Source: an uncultured Candidatus Rokubacteria bacterium (GTDB taxonomy: Bacteria; Methylomirabilota; Methylomirabilia; Rokubacteriales; CSP1-6). From it: DNA of 64,000 bases. Under the pieces are notes generated by a model. The model worked only from the letters and a program-made list of their open reading frames with translations, ran no database searches and was not told the DNA's origin. The stretch is taken from positions 32,001-96,000 of the forward strand of contig CAVWFS010000009.1 of assembly GCA_963754315.1 (NCBI GenBank), read 5' to 3'. Position numbers and translations under genes: made by a program. Positions 1 through 10,603 of the stretch are shown piece after piece. The stretch's first letter is position 1. Every line of letters begins with the position of its first letter.

Positions 1-3000
1 CGGCTACCCGCCCGGTTGACCCGTTGCTGGTCGAGCGCGTGTCCGGCGAGGCCGCCGCGGGCCCGAAGAGCTCTTCGACGAGCCCCACGATGCTCGGGCC
101 TTTCAGGAGCAGCGCCGTGGGAACGGGCACCCGCAGGGCTTGCCGGAGCCGGGTCGCCAGGTTCACCGCCAGCAGTGAATCGAGGCCGAGCTCGTTGAGG
201 GGCTGGCGTCACCGGGATGTTGCCCTCCACCCCGAGCACCTGCCCCACGTGCGACCGGACGATCTCCACCCGACGTTCCGGGGTTTCATCGGGCGCGACC
301 TCGGCGATGGTATTCCGCGCGGCGGGCGCCAGCTCGCGGAAGAAGGGGGGCGCCTCGGAGAACTGGGCCAAGAACTCTGGCCAACGCGTGTCGCACACGA
401 CGATCGGGGATCGCTCCGCGTCGAGGAATCGCAGGAGCACATCGAGGCAGATCTGGGGAGACAGCCGCGACGTGCCCCGCTGCTTCCACAGTGACGCGCC
501 AGCCCGCCCCCAGCGTTCATCCAGCCCCACGTCGGCCCACGGCCCCCAGTGGAACACCATCGCCGGCAGGCCCGCCGAGCGCCGCGTGGCGGCCAGAGCA
601 TCCAGAGAGCTGTTGGCGGCCGTGTAGGACGCCTGTCCCAGACCACCCCACAGGCTCAGAACCGACGAGAAGAGCACGAAGAAGTCGAGGTCGATCTTGC
701 GGGTGGCCCGGCTGAGCAGCCACGCTCCCGTCATCTTCGGCATCAGTACACGGCCGAACTGCTCCCCTGTGAGGTTGGCGAGCACCGCGTCCTCGAACAC
801 CGCCGCAAGGTGGATGACGCCCTTCAGGGGCGGCATGTGCTCGCGGAGGTGGGCGAGGACGGCCGCCGTATCCGCTTCGTTCGCCACGTCAGAGGCCAGC
901 ACGACGACCTTGGCGCGCTGTCTCAGGGCCTGAAGGGCCGCGGAATCGTCTGACTGGGACGCCTGTCGCCCGGTGAGCAGGAGGTGGCGGGCGCCCGCGT
1001 CCACCAGCGCGTCGGCGGTCTTGAGCCCGATTGCACCGAGGCCGCCCACGATCCAGTAGGTCGCATCCTCTGCGAGGCGGTGCCGCGGCGGCAGGTTCGG
1101 GAATCGCGCACGCACGAACCTGGGTGCCAGACGTTTTTCTCCGCACAGGAGGATTTGATCCTCGCCGGCCCCATCCTTGAGCTCGCGCAGGAGACGCTCG
1201 GCCGCTGTCTGCGCGTCGTCGTCGGGCGGCAAGTCGATCAACCCACCCCACAGCTCGGGATACTCGAGCGCAATCGTGCGACCGAGTCCCCACAGCGGGC
1301 CTTGCGCCATGCCGAGAGGTGTTTCCCCTCCCGTCTCGAACGCTTGGGCGCCGCGGGTCACGATCCACAGCCGGGACGGTTCGTGGACGCGCTCGCGGTA
1401 ACCGGCCAAGGCTTTCAGCAGGCCGATGCAGGCCCCGCCGACGTAGGCGTGCGTCGCGGTCGTCGGGGAGCCTTCAGTGAGAGTCATGGGCTGTGCTCGA
1501 AGGCCCCAGAGGTAGACGAGACCAAGGGCGCCGTCCTCGGCCCGACGAACGAGCGCATCGAAGTGAAAGGGCTCGGCGAGTGCCGTCGATGGAGGATCCG
1601 CTTCGGGCACGATCACCTCGACGTCGCAGTCCTCGGCGCGCAACAACGCCGCCAGGCGCTGGCCGACTCCCGCGGCGTCGGCGAGCAGACACCAGTGCTT
1701 TGGTAGCGGACGGCCCGTCTCCGACCGAGGCACCTCGCGCCAGGCCACGTGGTAGAGGAGAGCATCGAGCCGCGGATCGTCGGGCCCCGCCAGCCGCTCG
1801 TCGGAAGTCTCGTGAATCGTCACACCCTTGAAGAGGGCCACTGGCCGACCGTCCTCGCCATAGGCTCGAATGTCGACCTTCAGCCGCGACTCATCGCCGC
1901 CCTCGCGGCTGACGACGAGGCCATGCACCCAGCCCGCTGCCACGCCTGATCGGTAGATCTGGAACGACTCCATCCCGATCGGCACGTACGCCTTGCCCTC
2001 CGTCGTGCTGTCCGTCTCGAAGAGCCCGTACTTCTCGACGAGGGCCGCGTACACGTGCAGGCAGGCGTCGAGGAACGCGGGATGCAGCAAGTAGCCCTGC
2101 CCCGTGAGGGTGGAGGGAAGCTCGACTCTGGCAAACGCCTCATCACCATGACGCCAGAGAGCGGCCACGCCCTGAAAGGCCGGACCGTAGGACAGCCCCC
2201 GTGTCGCGAGGAAGCGATAGAAGCGCTCGGGGGGGACATCACGCGGACCAGCGCGGAGCGCATGTGACGGAAATGGCGGTGGCTCGGCCTCAGCGGCAGC
2301 ATCCTCCACGGTGCCGCTGACATGCAGATGCCAGGGCGCACCATCGTCCATCCCCCTGCTTTCCAGGCGAAAGGCCGCGTGTCTGCCGTGCTCTTCGAAC
2401 TGCAGATGGACCCAGAGCGGGCGATCGGGGAGCAGGCTCAGCGCGCGCTCGTAGAGCAGCTCGGTGATGATCGGCCGTGCGAATCCGAGGGCCTGGACGA
2501 CCGCGCTCGAGATCGCCTCCAGCACCACGGTCGTGGGAAGGACGATCTGCTGGAAGACCCGATGGTCGTTCAGGAACGGAAGTCGCTCGACATCGAGGAG
2601 CGTCTCGAACCGCAGATGGTCGCCGCCCAGCCGCTCGCCGAGGAATGGGTGGGCCGTATCGTCAGGCGACAGGTTGCCCGCCGCGGTGGCAGTGCTCTCG
2701 GCGCGTCGCGGCTCGAGCCACCAGCGACGGTGCTGGAAGGGATAGGTAGGCAGGCTGACCCGGCGTCCCCGCGCGGGCTCGACATTGTCCCAGTGGATCG
2801 TGTGACCCCGCATGTACACGTGACCCACCGCTTCCAGGAGGCTTGGCCAGTCGCCGCGCTCCTGGGTCAGCGAGCTCACCCAGCCGATTGCCCCCGCGTT
2901 GGCCGCCTCCGTGTGCTTCACGCTCCGGCGTCCCAGATTGATCAAGGTCGCGCCCGGCCCCACTTCCAGGAACAAAGAGGGCGCGCGCACCACGGCCTGC

Positions 3001-5336
3001 AGCGCCGCCTGGAAGCGCACGGAGTGCCGAATCTGGTCACGCCAGTAGCGCGCGTCGGGAGGCTCGGTGACCTCGCCGCCGGTCAGGGTCGAGATCCAAC
3101 GCAGACGCGGGGGCCCGCACGACACCGTGCGGGCGGCGGCCTCGAACGTCTCCAGCATCGGGTCCATGAGCGAGGAGTGGAACGCGTGCGACGCGTTGAT
3201 CTCCATGACTGGCACGCCGCGCGGCCGCAGTGCCTTCACGAAGGCGGCGAGCGCCAAGGCACTGCCCGAGACCACGATCCGGTCGGACGCATTCACGGCG
3301 GCGACGGCCAGATCGTTGCCCGTGGTGGGCCAGGCGCTCTGAACGGTGTCGAGATCGGCTCCGACGGACACCATGCCGCCCCGTTCTCGCAACGCTTCCA
3401 TCAGCTGCGCCCGCACGGCCACCAGCCGTACCGCGTCCGGGAGAGAGCAGACACCGGCCGTCACCGCCGCCGCGAACTCTCCGATGCTGTGTCCGATCAC
3501 TGCGTCGGGGACGATTCCCCACCGGCGCCAGAGCTCGGTCAGGGCGATCTGCAGGGAGAAGAGGGCGGGCTGGGCATAGAGCGTGCGATGCAGGCCCGCG
3601 TCATCGTCTCCGAAGAGAACGTCGGCCAGGGGAATGTCGGCGGCCGCGAACAGCGCGAAGCACTGCTCGAGTGTGTCCTTGAAGGACGGCTCGGCACGGT
3701 AGATCGCTTCGCCCATCCGCGCGTACTGGGCACCCTGTCCGGAGAAGAGAAACGTGATCGGCTCGCGCGGGCTGGCGCTGACCTGCACCGGCGGAGCGCC
3801 GAGGATCCTGTCGAGCGCGGCTCGTAGCTCGTCCCGATCGCGCCCGACGATCGAGACGCGATGGCCAAAGTGGTGGCGCCCCCGATTCAGCGTGAAGCAC
3901 GTGTCCGAAGCCTCGGGCGCATCGGGTGACGTCAGCGCGTTGCGGAGGCGAGCGAGCTGGGCGGCCAGCGCGTCCTCAGTGTGAGCAGAGACGTTCAGGA
4001 TGAACGCGCGCCGGGTGTTCCGAGAGCGCGGCTTCGGCGGCGGGGCGGCCTCGAGGACGACGAATGCGTTCGTCCCGCCCATCCCGACCGAGTTCACCCC
4101 GGCCCGGCGCGGGCCCGGCCCGTCGTCGAACGACCGCAGTGCCGTGTTGACGAAGAAGGGCGACCGCTCGAGCGGAATGCGGGGGTTCAAAGTATCGAAG
4201 TGCAGACTCGGAGGGATCACGCCATGCTTCAACGCGAGCGCAGTCTTGATGAGGCTGGCCATCCCCGCGCACTGCTCGAGGTGGCCCACGTTGGATTTGA
4301 CCGAGCCGATCGCACAGAATCCACGGTGTGGGGTGTGCGCGCGGAAGGCCCGGGTGAGGGCCTGGATCTCCAGGGGGTCACCGAGCGCGGTGGCGGTGCC
4401 GTGACACTCCACGTAGCGGAGGCTGCTGGCATCGACGTTCGCCGCCGCCAGCGCCTCGGTCACGGCCCGGGCCTGGCCGGTCGCGGTGGACGCTGTATAG
4501 TTCAGCTTGTGGCCGCCGTCGTTGTTGATGGCGGCGCCCTTGATGACCGCGTAGACGTGATCGCCAGCGGCACGGGCTGCTCGGAGCGGCTTCAGCAGCA
4601 GGGCTGCGACCCCGCTGCCGAACAGGGTGCCGCTCGCCTTCGAGTCGAACGCCCGGCAATGACCATCGATCGAATAGATGTTGCCGGGCTCGGCCAGGTA
4701 CCCACGGACGTGAGGAACGCGAACGACCGAGGCTCCGGCCAAGGCCATGTCCGCTTCGCCGTCGAGGAGTCCGCGACAGGCGAGGTGGACTGCCAGCAGC
4801 GATGTAGAGCAAGCGCTCTGGACATTTACGCTTGGACCAGTCAGATTCAGCTTGAAGGACACCCGCGAGCAGAGGAAGTCACGGTCGTTGCCGATGTGGC
4901 CGAGGTCGCCAGTCTGGCCGCGCAGATCCGGGTGGCACAGGCGCACCATGTAACTCGAAACCAAACCGCCCGCGCCTGCGTACACCCCCACGTGTCCCTT
5001 GCCACCGAGCGGGTCGTAGCCGGCGTCTTCCAGGGCCTCCCAGGCGACCTCGAGGAACAGTCGGTGCTGGGGATCCATCAGGCGGGCCTCGCGGGGGGAG
5101 TACCCGAAGAAGGCTGCGTCGAACTCGTCGTGGCCTTGGAGGACCGGGGCGGCCTTGACATAGGAGGGGTGACGCACGAGATCGGCATCTTCGCCGGCCG
5201 CCAGCAGCTCGGCGTCCGAGAAGAACGTGATCGACTCGACACCGCCGACGAGATTGTCCCAGAAGGCCCGAGGGTGGGCGGCTCCCGGGAACCGGCAGGC
5301 CATGCCCACGATGGCGATGTCCCAGGGACGCTTCAC
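1..5336 (-). CDS. Type I polyketide synthase 2 (KS-AT-DH-KR-ACP...), 3'-truncated by the window edge; +1 frameshift near 206 in the ACP
   Basis: Translated by hand (absent from ORF track because the frame has no stop in the window). GTG at 5336 gives VKRPWDIAIVGMACRFPG. KS NVQSACSTS / ECHGTAT / KSNVGHLEQ; AT GHSIG and HAFH; DH HPFLG, DHRVFQQIVLP, HPAFLDACLH; KR GGLGAIG and GQASYTAAN. ACP ELGLDSLLAV lies in a shifted frame below 206. Confidence 0.95.
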   Translation of the reverse strand, partial: MKRPWDIAIVGMACRFPGAAHPRAFWDNLVGGVESITFFSDAELLAAGEDADLVRHPSYVKAAPVLQGHDEFDAAFFGYSPREARLMDPQHRLFLEVAWEALEDAGYDPLGGKGHVGVYAGAGGLVSSYMVRLCHPDLRGQTGDLGHIGNDRDFLCSRVSFKLNLTGPSVNVQSACSTSLLAVHLACRGLLDGEADMALAGASVVRVPHVRGYLAEPGNIYSIDGHCRAFDSKASGTLFGSGVAALLLKPLRAARAAGDHVYAVIKGAAINNDGGHKLNYTASTATGQARAVTEALAAANVDASSLRYVECHGTATALGDPLEIQALTRAFRAHTPHRGFCAIGSVKSNVGHLEQCAGMASLIKTALALKHGVIPPSLHFDTLNPRIPLERSPFFVNTALRSFDDGPGPRRAGVNSVGMGGTNAFVVLEAAPPPKPRSRNTRRAFILNVSAHTEDALAAQLARLRNALTSPDAPEASDTCFTLNRGRHHFGHRVSIVGRDRDELRAALDRILGAPPVQVSASPREPITFLFSGQGAQYARMGEAIYRAEPSFKDTLEQCFALFAAADIPLADVLFGDDDAGLHRTLYAQPALFSLQIALTELWRRWGIVPDAVIGHSIGEFAAAVTAGVCSLPDAVRLVAVRAQLMEALRERGGMVSVGADLDTVQSAWPTTGNDLAVAAVNASDRIVVSGSALALAAFVKALRPRGVPVMEINASHAFHSSLMDPMLETFEAAARTVSCGPPRLRWISTLTGGEVTEPPDARYWRDQIRHSVRFQAALQAVVRAPSLFLEVGPGATLINLGRRSVKHTEAANAGAIGWVSSLTQERGDWPSLLEAVGHVYMRGHTIHWDNVEPARGRRVSLPTYPFQHRRWWLEPRRAESTATAAGNLSPDDTAHPFLGERLGGDHLRFETLLDVERLPFLNDHRVFQQIVLPTTVVLEAISSAVVQALGFARPIITELLYERALSLLPDRPLWVHLQFEEHGRHAAFRLESRGMDDGAPWHLHVSGTVEDAAAEAEPPPFPSHALRAGPRDVPPERFYRFLATRGLSYGPAFQGVAALWRHGDEAFARVELPSTLTGQGYLLHPAFLDACLHVYAALVEKYGLFETDSTTEGKAYVPIGMESFQIYRSGVAAGWVHGLVVSREGGDESRLKVDIRAYGEDGRPVALFKGVTIHETSDERLAGPDDPRLDALLYHVAWREVPRSETGRPLPKHWCLLADAAGVGQRLAALLRAEDCDVEVIVPEADPPSTALAEPFHFDALVRRAEDGALGLVYLWGLRAQPMTLTEGSPTTATHAYVGGACIGLLKALAGYRERVHEPSRLWIVTRGAQAFETGGETPLGMAQGPLWGLGRTIALEYPELWGGLIDLPPDDDAQTAAERLLRELKDGAGEDQILLCGEKRLAPRFVRARFPNLPPRHRLAEDATYWIVGGLGAIGLKTADALVDAGARHLLLTGRQASQSDDSAALQALRQRAKVVVLASDVANEADTAAVLAHLREHMPPLKGVIHLAAVFEDAVLANLTGEQFGRVLMPKMTGAWLLSRATRKIDLDFFVLFSSVLSLWGGLGQASYTAANSSLDALAATRRSAGLPAMVFHWGPWADVGLDERWGRAGASLWKQRGTSRLSPQICLDVLLRFLDAERSPIVVCDTRWPEFLAQFSEAPPFFRELAPAARNTIAEVAPDETPERRVEIVRSHVGQVLGVEGNIPVTPAPQRARPRFTAGGEPGDPAPASPAGARSHGAAPERPEHRGARRRALRARGGLAGHALDQQRVNRAGS

Positions 5337-5608
5337 CGAGTGTTGACGTACTCCTGGTAGGCGCGACAGAGATCGCCTACCGTCCGCACCTCGGTGATGG
5401 CCGTGGCTTCCAGGAATGGATCGATCTTCCACCGGCGTTCGAGCTTGGCCACCAAGGCGGCCAGGTCGAGCGAGCTGAGGCCGGTGGCGACGAGATCGTC
5501 CTCCTCGTCGAAGCGCGGCACGGGCTTGCCGCCCAACTTCAAAATTTCGACAATGGTCCGGTGGATGGTCGCCTCGATCTCCGGCCCGGTGAGCTGATCT
5601 CTCAGCAC
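5333..5608 (-). CDS. Stand-alone acyl carrier protein
   Basis: C-terminal part of ORF 5333..6172: DDLVATGLSSLDLAALVAKLE...TVGDL (GxxSL phosphopantetheine site). GTG at 5608 overlaps the SDR end; its TGA overlaps the PKS2 GTG. Confidence 0.85.
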   Translation of the reverse strand: MLRDQLTGPEIEATIHRTIVEILKLGGKPVPRFDEEDDLVATGLSSLDLAALVAKLERRWKIDPFLEATAITEVRTVGDLCRAYQEYVNTR

Positions 5609-6336
5609 GTGACGCCGCCGTCGACGACGAGGGTGTGCCCGGTGATGAACGATGCCGCGGGGGAGATGAGAAACAGCGCCGCCTCGGTGATCTCGTCCAT
5701 CGTGCCGAGGCGACCCAGAGGTGTACCGCGCACGAGCTTCTCCATCTGACGCTCGGTGAGGCGGCTGACCATCTCGCTGTCGAAATAGCCGGGTGCCAGC
5801 GAGTTGACCCGGATGTTCTTGGGTCCGAGCTCGCGGGCGAGTGCCCGGGTGAACCCGTCCAGGGCGGCCTTGGTCGCGCTGTACACAGCCACCCCGGCAT
5901 TGCCGCGGATGGCGTTCACCGACGAGATGTTGAGGATACAGCCCCTCCCGCGGGCGATCATCGACGGCGTGCAGAGCCGAGCCAGCACGACGTTGGTGCG
6001 CAGGTTGACGGCAAGAGTCTCGTCGATCTCGCTGAGTCGCATCAGCGGGAAGAGCCCGAAGCGACCCACGCCGGCATTGTTGACCAGCACGTCGACACCG
6101 CCGTAGCGCTCGATGACCGTGTCCACGAACCGGCGCAGCGCCGTGTCGTCGCGCCCATCCACGGCGGTCCAATGAAACTGGGCCCCCTGCGGGTCGCGCT
6201 CCCGTTGTTCTTCAAGAAAGGGACTCGTGGTGCGGCTGAAGGTGGCCACAATGTGTCCCAGATCCAGGCAGCGGCGGGCGAGGGCAGCGCCCAGGCCCCG
6301 GCTTCCTCCGCTGATGAGCACGACCGGCTGGTCCAT
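5602..6336 (-). CDS. SDR, FabG-like 3-oxoacyl-ACP reductase
   Basis: GGSRGLG, NNAG, YSATK, ITGHTLVVDGG motifs. Confidence 0.92.
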   Translation of the reverse strand: MDQPVVLISGGSRGLGAALARRCLDLGHIVATFSRTTSPFLEEQRERDPQGAQFHWTAVDGRDDTALRRFVDTVIERYGGVDVLVNNAGVGRFGLFPLMRLSEIDETLAVNLRTNVVLARLCTPSMIARGRGCILNISSVNAIRGNAGVAVYSATKAALDGFTRALARELGPKNIRVNSLAPGYFDSEMVSRLTERQMEKLVRGTPLGRLGTMDEITEAALFLISPAASFITGHTLVVDGGVTC

Positions 6337-7706
6337 TTATGCCACGACGCCGATCGAGCCCGGCCGGACCTTCTTGAACCGCTGTCCATGATGGCTACCG
6401 GCCACGATCTCGACCACGAGGGGAACCTTGTAGTCGGCCAGGCGCCCCCGACAGAACCGGCGCAGACGCCGCTCGAATGACTCCTGATCCTCGGGTTGGG
6501 CCAGCGACACGCGCGCCGCGACAACCTGGCCCGTGACCGGATTGGCCTCACCCCACACGGTGACGTCCGAGACGTTGTGCAGCTCCAACAGGGCGCTCTC
6601 GACCTCGCTCGGATAGACCTTCTGGCCCCCGACATTGATGAGCTCGGTCGTCCGGCCCAGGATCCGGACGTAGGGCCCGTCCACCTCCACGACGTCGTGG
6701 GTGTTGTACCAGCCATCCTCGTCGAAGGGGCTGGGCGCGTTGAGATAACCCAGCATCGCCGTCTCCGATCGGAGCCACAGCACGTTGTCGACGACCCGTG
6801 CCTCGCAGCCGCGGCCGCCCACCTCGAGCCAGAGCGATCCGGGAGCCCGGGAGCGCGTGGGGAGCACCCCGAGCTCGGTCAGACCGTAGGTCTGCTTGAG
6901 GCCAACCCCCGGGAATGTCCGCTGAAGGGCCGCCAGCGTGCTCGCCGGCATCGGCTCGGTGCCGTAGGTGATCAGTTTCAGCGACGAGAGATCGTGGCGC
7001 TCGTGCACCCGTGAGATCACCAGCATGCGCAGAAAGGTCGGCGTCGTGGGAAGCAACTGGATGCGATGACGCTCGATGGCCCGGGCCACTGCCTCCGGCT
7101 GGCGCTCGTCGCCGATGACGAGCGTGCCGCCGTGAGCCAGGGTGTGCAGCATCGTGTGAATGCCCCCCAGGTGGTCGAGCTTGAGAAAGACGAGCGTGCG
7201 ATACCCGGGCCGCGGCGTCCGATACCGCTCGACCAAGGTGCCGAAGTCGAAGAGGGCGGCCTTGCCGTGACCAGTCGTGCCGGAGGTGAACACGACGAGG
7301 CCGGGCGCGCCTCGCGCCCGCAGACGCTCCAGGAGGCCCGGCGGGGTCCGGGGTGTCAGAGACGTGTAGGACCAGCTCGCGCCGTCGTCTGCGAACTCGA
7401 AGAGGGCCTCGGCCGCGGCGGCGGCCAGCAGCGGCCGCACGTCCTCGTTCAGCGGCAGCGCGACCACGACCCGGCGCTGAAACAGAAGGGCGAGAAACAG
7501 GGCGCAGATGCCCGGCGAGTAGTCGCCGCGGACGGCCACCACGGGTCCGGCCGCCAGGCCCCGCTCGGCGAGGCCGCCGTTGCCACGCCTCGATACTGGC
7601 GAAGCAGCTGGGCGTAGGTGAGGGAACGCTCCCGGTGGACGATGGCCTCGCGATCGGCGAAGGCCGCCATCCGGTCCAGCAGCCAGGAATGGACGGATGG
7701 GTTCAT
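6337..7706 (-). CDS. AMP-dependent acyl-CoA/acyl-ACP ligase (ANL family); apparent frameshifts at ~7575-7600
   Basis: FTSGTTGHGK, YGTEPM, QTYGLTE, GRTTELINVGGQKVYPSEVE, YKVP. The N-terminus MNPSVHSWLLDRM...LTYAQL starts at ATG 7706 in another frame and overlaps the upstream TGA. Confidence 0.88.
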
Positions 7707-8041
7707 TCTGGCGAACCCTGAGCGACCCACCCGTCCGGTCGACCCGGAAATCCGTTCCGTCCTGTCCCGTTCCCGGCCGTCTCGCCGTGCTCCTCCAGCC
7801 ACTGCTCGAGGCGCGCGCGATGCTCGCGGATCAGGTCCCGCTGCACGGTCACGACCTTGGTGCCGAGCGACCGCTGAACCCGCAGGAGGGCGAGCAGGGA
7901 GGCCATGAAGGTCTTGAGGCTCGTGTTGACCTTCCCTTCATCCCAGGCGCTCATCTCCAGGAGCGACTCGTAGAGGTCCAGCAGGGTCAGCTGAAAGACC
8001 ACGATGCTCCGGAAGTTGTCCGCCTCGGCGGGCTCGGTCAT
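7703..8041 (-). CDS. Small alpha-helical hypothetical protein B (paralog of 21651..22001)
   Basis: MTEPAEADNFRSIVVFQLTLLDLYESLL...; ATGA overlaps at both ends with the neighbouring genes. Confidence 0.75.
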   Translation of the reverse strand: MTEPAEADNFRSIVVFQLTLLDLYESLLEMSAWDEGKVNTSLKTFMASLLALLRVQRSLGTKVVTVQRDLIREHRARLEQWLEEHGETAGNGTGRNGFPGRPDGWVAQGSPE

Positions 8042-9255
8042 GGACCACCGCCCGGCGGTGGGACTCTCGCTCCGGGCAAATTCTTGAACACGTTCCCCAG
8101 CAGGCTGAGGAAGTCCCCCTCCCGCGTGTCTTCCGACAGAGTCCGCAAATAGCGGTTCTTCTCCTGGAGTTGGATGGGTTGCCCCTTCGGGACTGTCTGA
8201 CCGGCATCGCCTTCCTCGCAGAACTTCGAAGCCGCCCGATGCCCGGTGTCCCACAAGGTGACGGCGTTGGAGTACGTCCATTCCAGGAGCTTGCCGCTCT
8301 TCCACGGCGGAATCTCGAACCGGAGCCGATAGGCTTTCGGTGGGGAGAAGTTGGGAATCGGTGGCGGTTCCATGTTGAAGAACTCGTCCTGGGCGGCATA
8401 CAGGGCGGCCACGTTCTCGGCGAGCGTCACGATGGGGTCCATGATGGTCAGCTCGAGAGCCTCGTAGAGGCTTTCCGGGTCGACCCACAGGTCGGAACCA
8501 ATCGTGTCGATCACGATCATCGCGTCGAGGCCTGTCACCGCTGACGGCGGCTTGTTCTGCAATGCCGCCTCAATAGCCGACGGATCGTGGGAGGCCCCCT
8601 CCGTGAACAGTGGTCCCCCCACCGTGGCCGCCGTGGGAGGGTACAGCCACGGCATGGCCAGGGCCGCGTAGAACGCGTCTGGCGTCATCGTTTTCTTGTC
8701 GAACTTCTCCAGCCTCTGCGTTTCCAGACTGAACGTGTTGAGGAAGAACTCTTGCGGGGCGTTGGGCAGGGCGTTCCAGTCCACGAGGTCGTTCACGACC
8801 TGGACCCGGTTGAGCACCGACTTGGACCAGTAGTTGAGGGTGGTAGGAGTGATGGCGGCGGTCACCAAATCGATGACGTCGTTGTAGAGGCGCTTGCCCG
8901 AGTTCGTGGACCGCTCGCTTGGATGCAGCGGAAAATGCGGAATCATCTGCCCCAGCTGCCAGAACAGGGGCGCGAACGGACCGTATTTGAAGAAGACCTT
9001 GTAGTTACTCGGGATGAGGTCGTAGATCGCATCGTGAATGTTGATGTCGACGAGGCATTTGAGAGCGGTCTCGGGATCGCCCTTCCTGGGCACCATGTAC
9101 AGGAGGGCGGGAAGGGCGCCGGCCCCGGCGGCCGCCAGCACCTGGAACTGCACGTTGTGCTCGTGAAACGCGCATAACGCCCCCGCCGCCAGGTGGAGGG
9201 TCGGGGCACCTCCGCTGACCAGCACACCGAGCCTGGGTGTTTTTCCGTTGCTCAC
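8038..9255 (-). CDS. Patatin-like protein 3, degenerate catalytic motifs
   Basis: LVSGGAP (oxyanion loop), FQVLAAAGAGAL in place of GxSxG, TEGASHDP in place of DGG. GTG 9255 follows a GAGG RBS. Confidence 0.8.
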   Translation of the reverse strand: MSNGKTPRLGVLVSGGAPTLHLAAGALCAFHEHNVQFQVLAAAGAGALPALLYMVPRKGDPETALKCLVDINIHDAIYDLIPSNYKVFFKYGPFAPLFWQLGQMIPHFPLHPSERSTNSGKRLYNDVIDLVTAAITPTTLNYWSKSVLNRVQVVNDLVDWNALPNAPQEFFLNTFSLETQRLEKFDKKTMTPDAFYAALAMPWLYPPTAATVGGPLFTEGASHDPSAIEAALQNKPPSAVTGLDAMIVIDTIGSDLWVDPESLYEALELTIMDPIVTLAENVAALYAAQDEFFNMEPPPIPNFSPPKAYRLRFEIPPWKSGKLLEWTYSNAVTLWDTGHRAASKFCEEGDAGQTVPKGQPIQLQEKNRYLRTLSEDTREGDFLSLLGNVFKNLPGARVPPPGGGP

Positions 9256-9259
9256 GGCC

Positions 9260-10570
9260 TCACCTCTTTCCCCCGGCTCGCCGCCTACGCTGGGTTCCCG
9301 GGCCCCGGGTCCTTGGGCGCTGAGGGGTGTCATCATGCCGTTCGGGTCTGGGGACGCCTTGGTTTATCCAGTTCATGTACATGGTGAAATTTTCGAACAT
9401 GGGGCCGAAGATCCCTTCGAGGAATTGCTGAGATCGCGGCTGCGCCTCGGGTGTCAGGAACTTGGACGCGAAGCGAAAGGAGGAGAGCGATCGGACGAGA
9501 GCGTCGATATCGGTGGCATGGGTCGCCAGCCGTTCGGCCACCGGAAGGGCTGCCCGGTAGCCGGCGTCCTGCAGAGCCACCGCATTGGCGTGTGTCCACT
9601 TCAGGATGGTCGGCTCCTCCCCCTGCACGATGCTGACCGGCATCCCGAACAGGCGCGGCACCTTGACAGGAGCGGGATCCATCGGCTCGACGGCGGGGGG
9701 CGAATTTGCCGGCAGACCATTCACGAGGGCATCGGTTTTTGCATACACACCGTACACAAACTGCTGCAGGGCCACGATGGGATTCATCAGCATGAGCTGG
9801 AACGCGTCGTAGGCGTCGGTGGGCTTGCGCCAGAAACACCGCGTCAGGGGGTCCAGGGCCAGCACGCCTTGCAGATTGTTGCGCTCCTTGATCCAGATGG
9901 CCTGGAGCCCTGTCGGATCGCGGGTGGCCCCCGTGGTCAGCAAATCGTGGTCCGTCGCCACCGGCGGCAGAAGCATGAACATCGCTTGGGCACCGTTGTA
10001 GACGTCGGGGGTCACCTTCGTGTGATCGAAGATCCGCAGGCGGCGGCTAGCGAGGCTGAACGCATTCAGGTAGAACTTGGTCGTTGAGGTCTTCAGCGTG
10101 TCGAAGTCGACCAGATCCTGGACGAGGGGCGTGTGACTCATGAACGTCTCACGCACGAACTCGTGGCTGAAGGGCGTCCATGCCGTTGCCCACAGCTCCA
10201 TCCAATCGTTGAAGAGGCGCTTGAGCTCGGCCGGTTCGTCCGGGGGGATGGTGAATCGCGGAAGCGCCTTGCGGAGCCGGTAGAAGGCAGGCGCGAGGGA
10301 ACTGTATTTTTGGAAGACCTTGAAGTTGATGGGCACCAGCTTGTAGAGCCAATCGGAAACGAAGAGATTCGGCAGTTCCCGTAGGGCCTTTCTGCGGTCG
10401 CCGCCCCTAGGGGCCAAATACATCATGCCGATGAGACCGCCCACGCCCGTGGTGCTGATGACGTCGAACTCAACGTCGCGCTCGGCAAATGCGAGCATGG
10501 CCCCCGACATGAGAGTCATGGCAGGGGCAGTTCCACTGAGCACGATTCCGACACCGTTCGCCTTCGGCAT
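9260..10570 (-). CDS. Patatin-like protein 2, degenerate catalytic motifs
   Basis: IVLSGTAP, FDVISTTGVGGLIG, LTTGATRDP; shares PINFK, RLFND, DLVDF, FYLN blocks with the other two copies. Confidence 0.8.
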   Translation of the reverse strand: MPKANGVGIVLSGTAPAMTLMSGAMLAFAERDVEFDVISTTGVGGLIGMMYLAPRGGDRRKALRELPNLFVSDWLYKLVPINFKVFQKYSSLAPAFYRLRKALPRFTIPPDEPAELKRLFNDWMELWATAWTPFSHEFVRETFMSHTPLVQDLVDFDTLKTSTTKFYLNAFSLASRRLRIFDHTKVTPDVYNGAQAMFMLLPPVATDHDLLTTGATRDPTGLQAIWIKERNNLQGVLALDPLTRCFWRKPTDAYDAFQLMLMNPIVALQQFVYGVYAKTDALVNGLPANSPPAVEPMDPAPVKVPRLFGMPVSIVQGEEPTILKWTHANAVALQDAGYRAALPVAERLATHATDIDALVRSLSSFRFASKFLTPEAQPRSQQFLEGIFGPMFENFTMYMNWINQGVPRPERHDDTPQRPRTRGPGTQRRRRAGGKR

Positions 10571-10603
10571 AGGGCGCCCTCGGCTTTCTTTGGCCCGTGG
10601 TGG

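Noticed and set aside
984..5360. Long plus-strand ORFs (984..1706, 2322..3827, 3981..5360) and similar ones such as 18521..20095 and 27195..28358
   Set aside because: Antisense shadows of high-GC minus-strand genes; no recognisable motifs.
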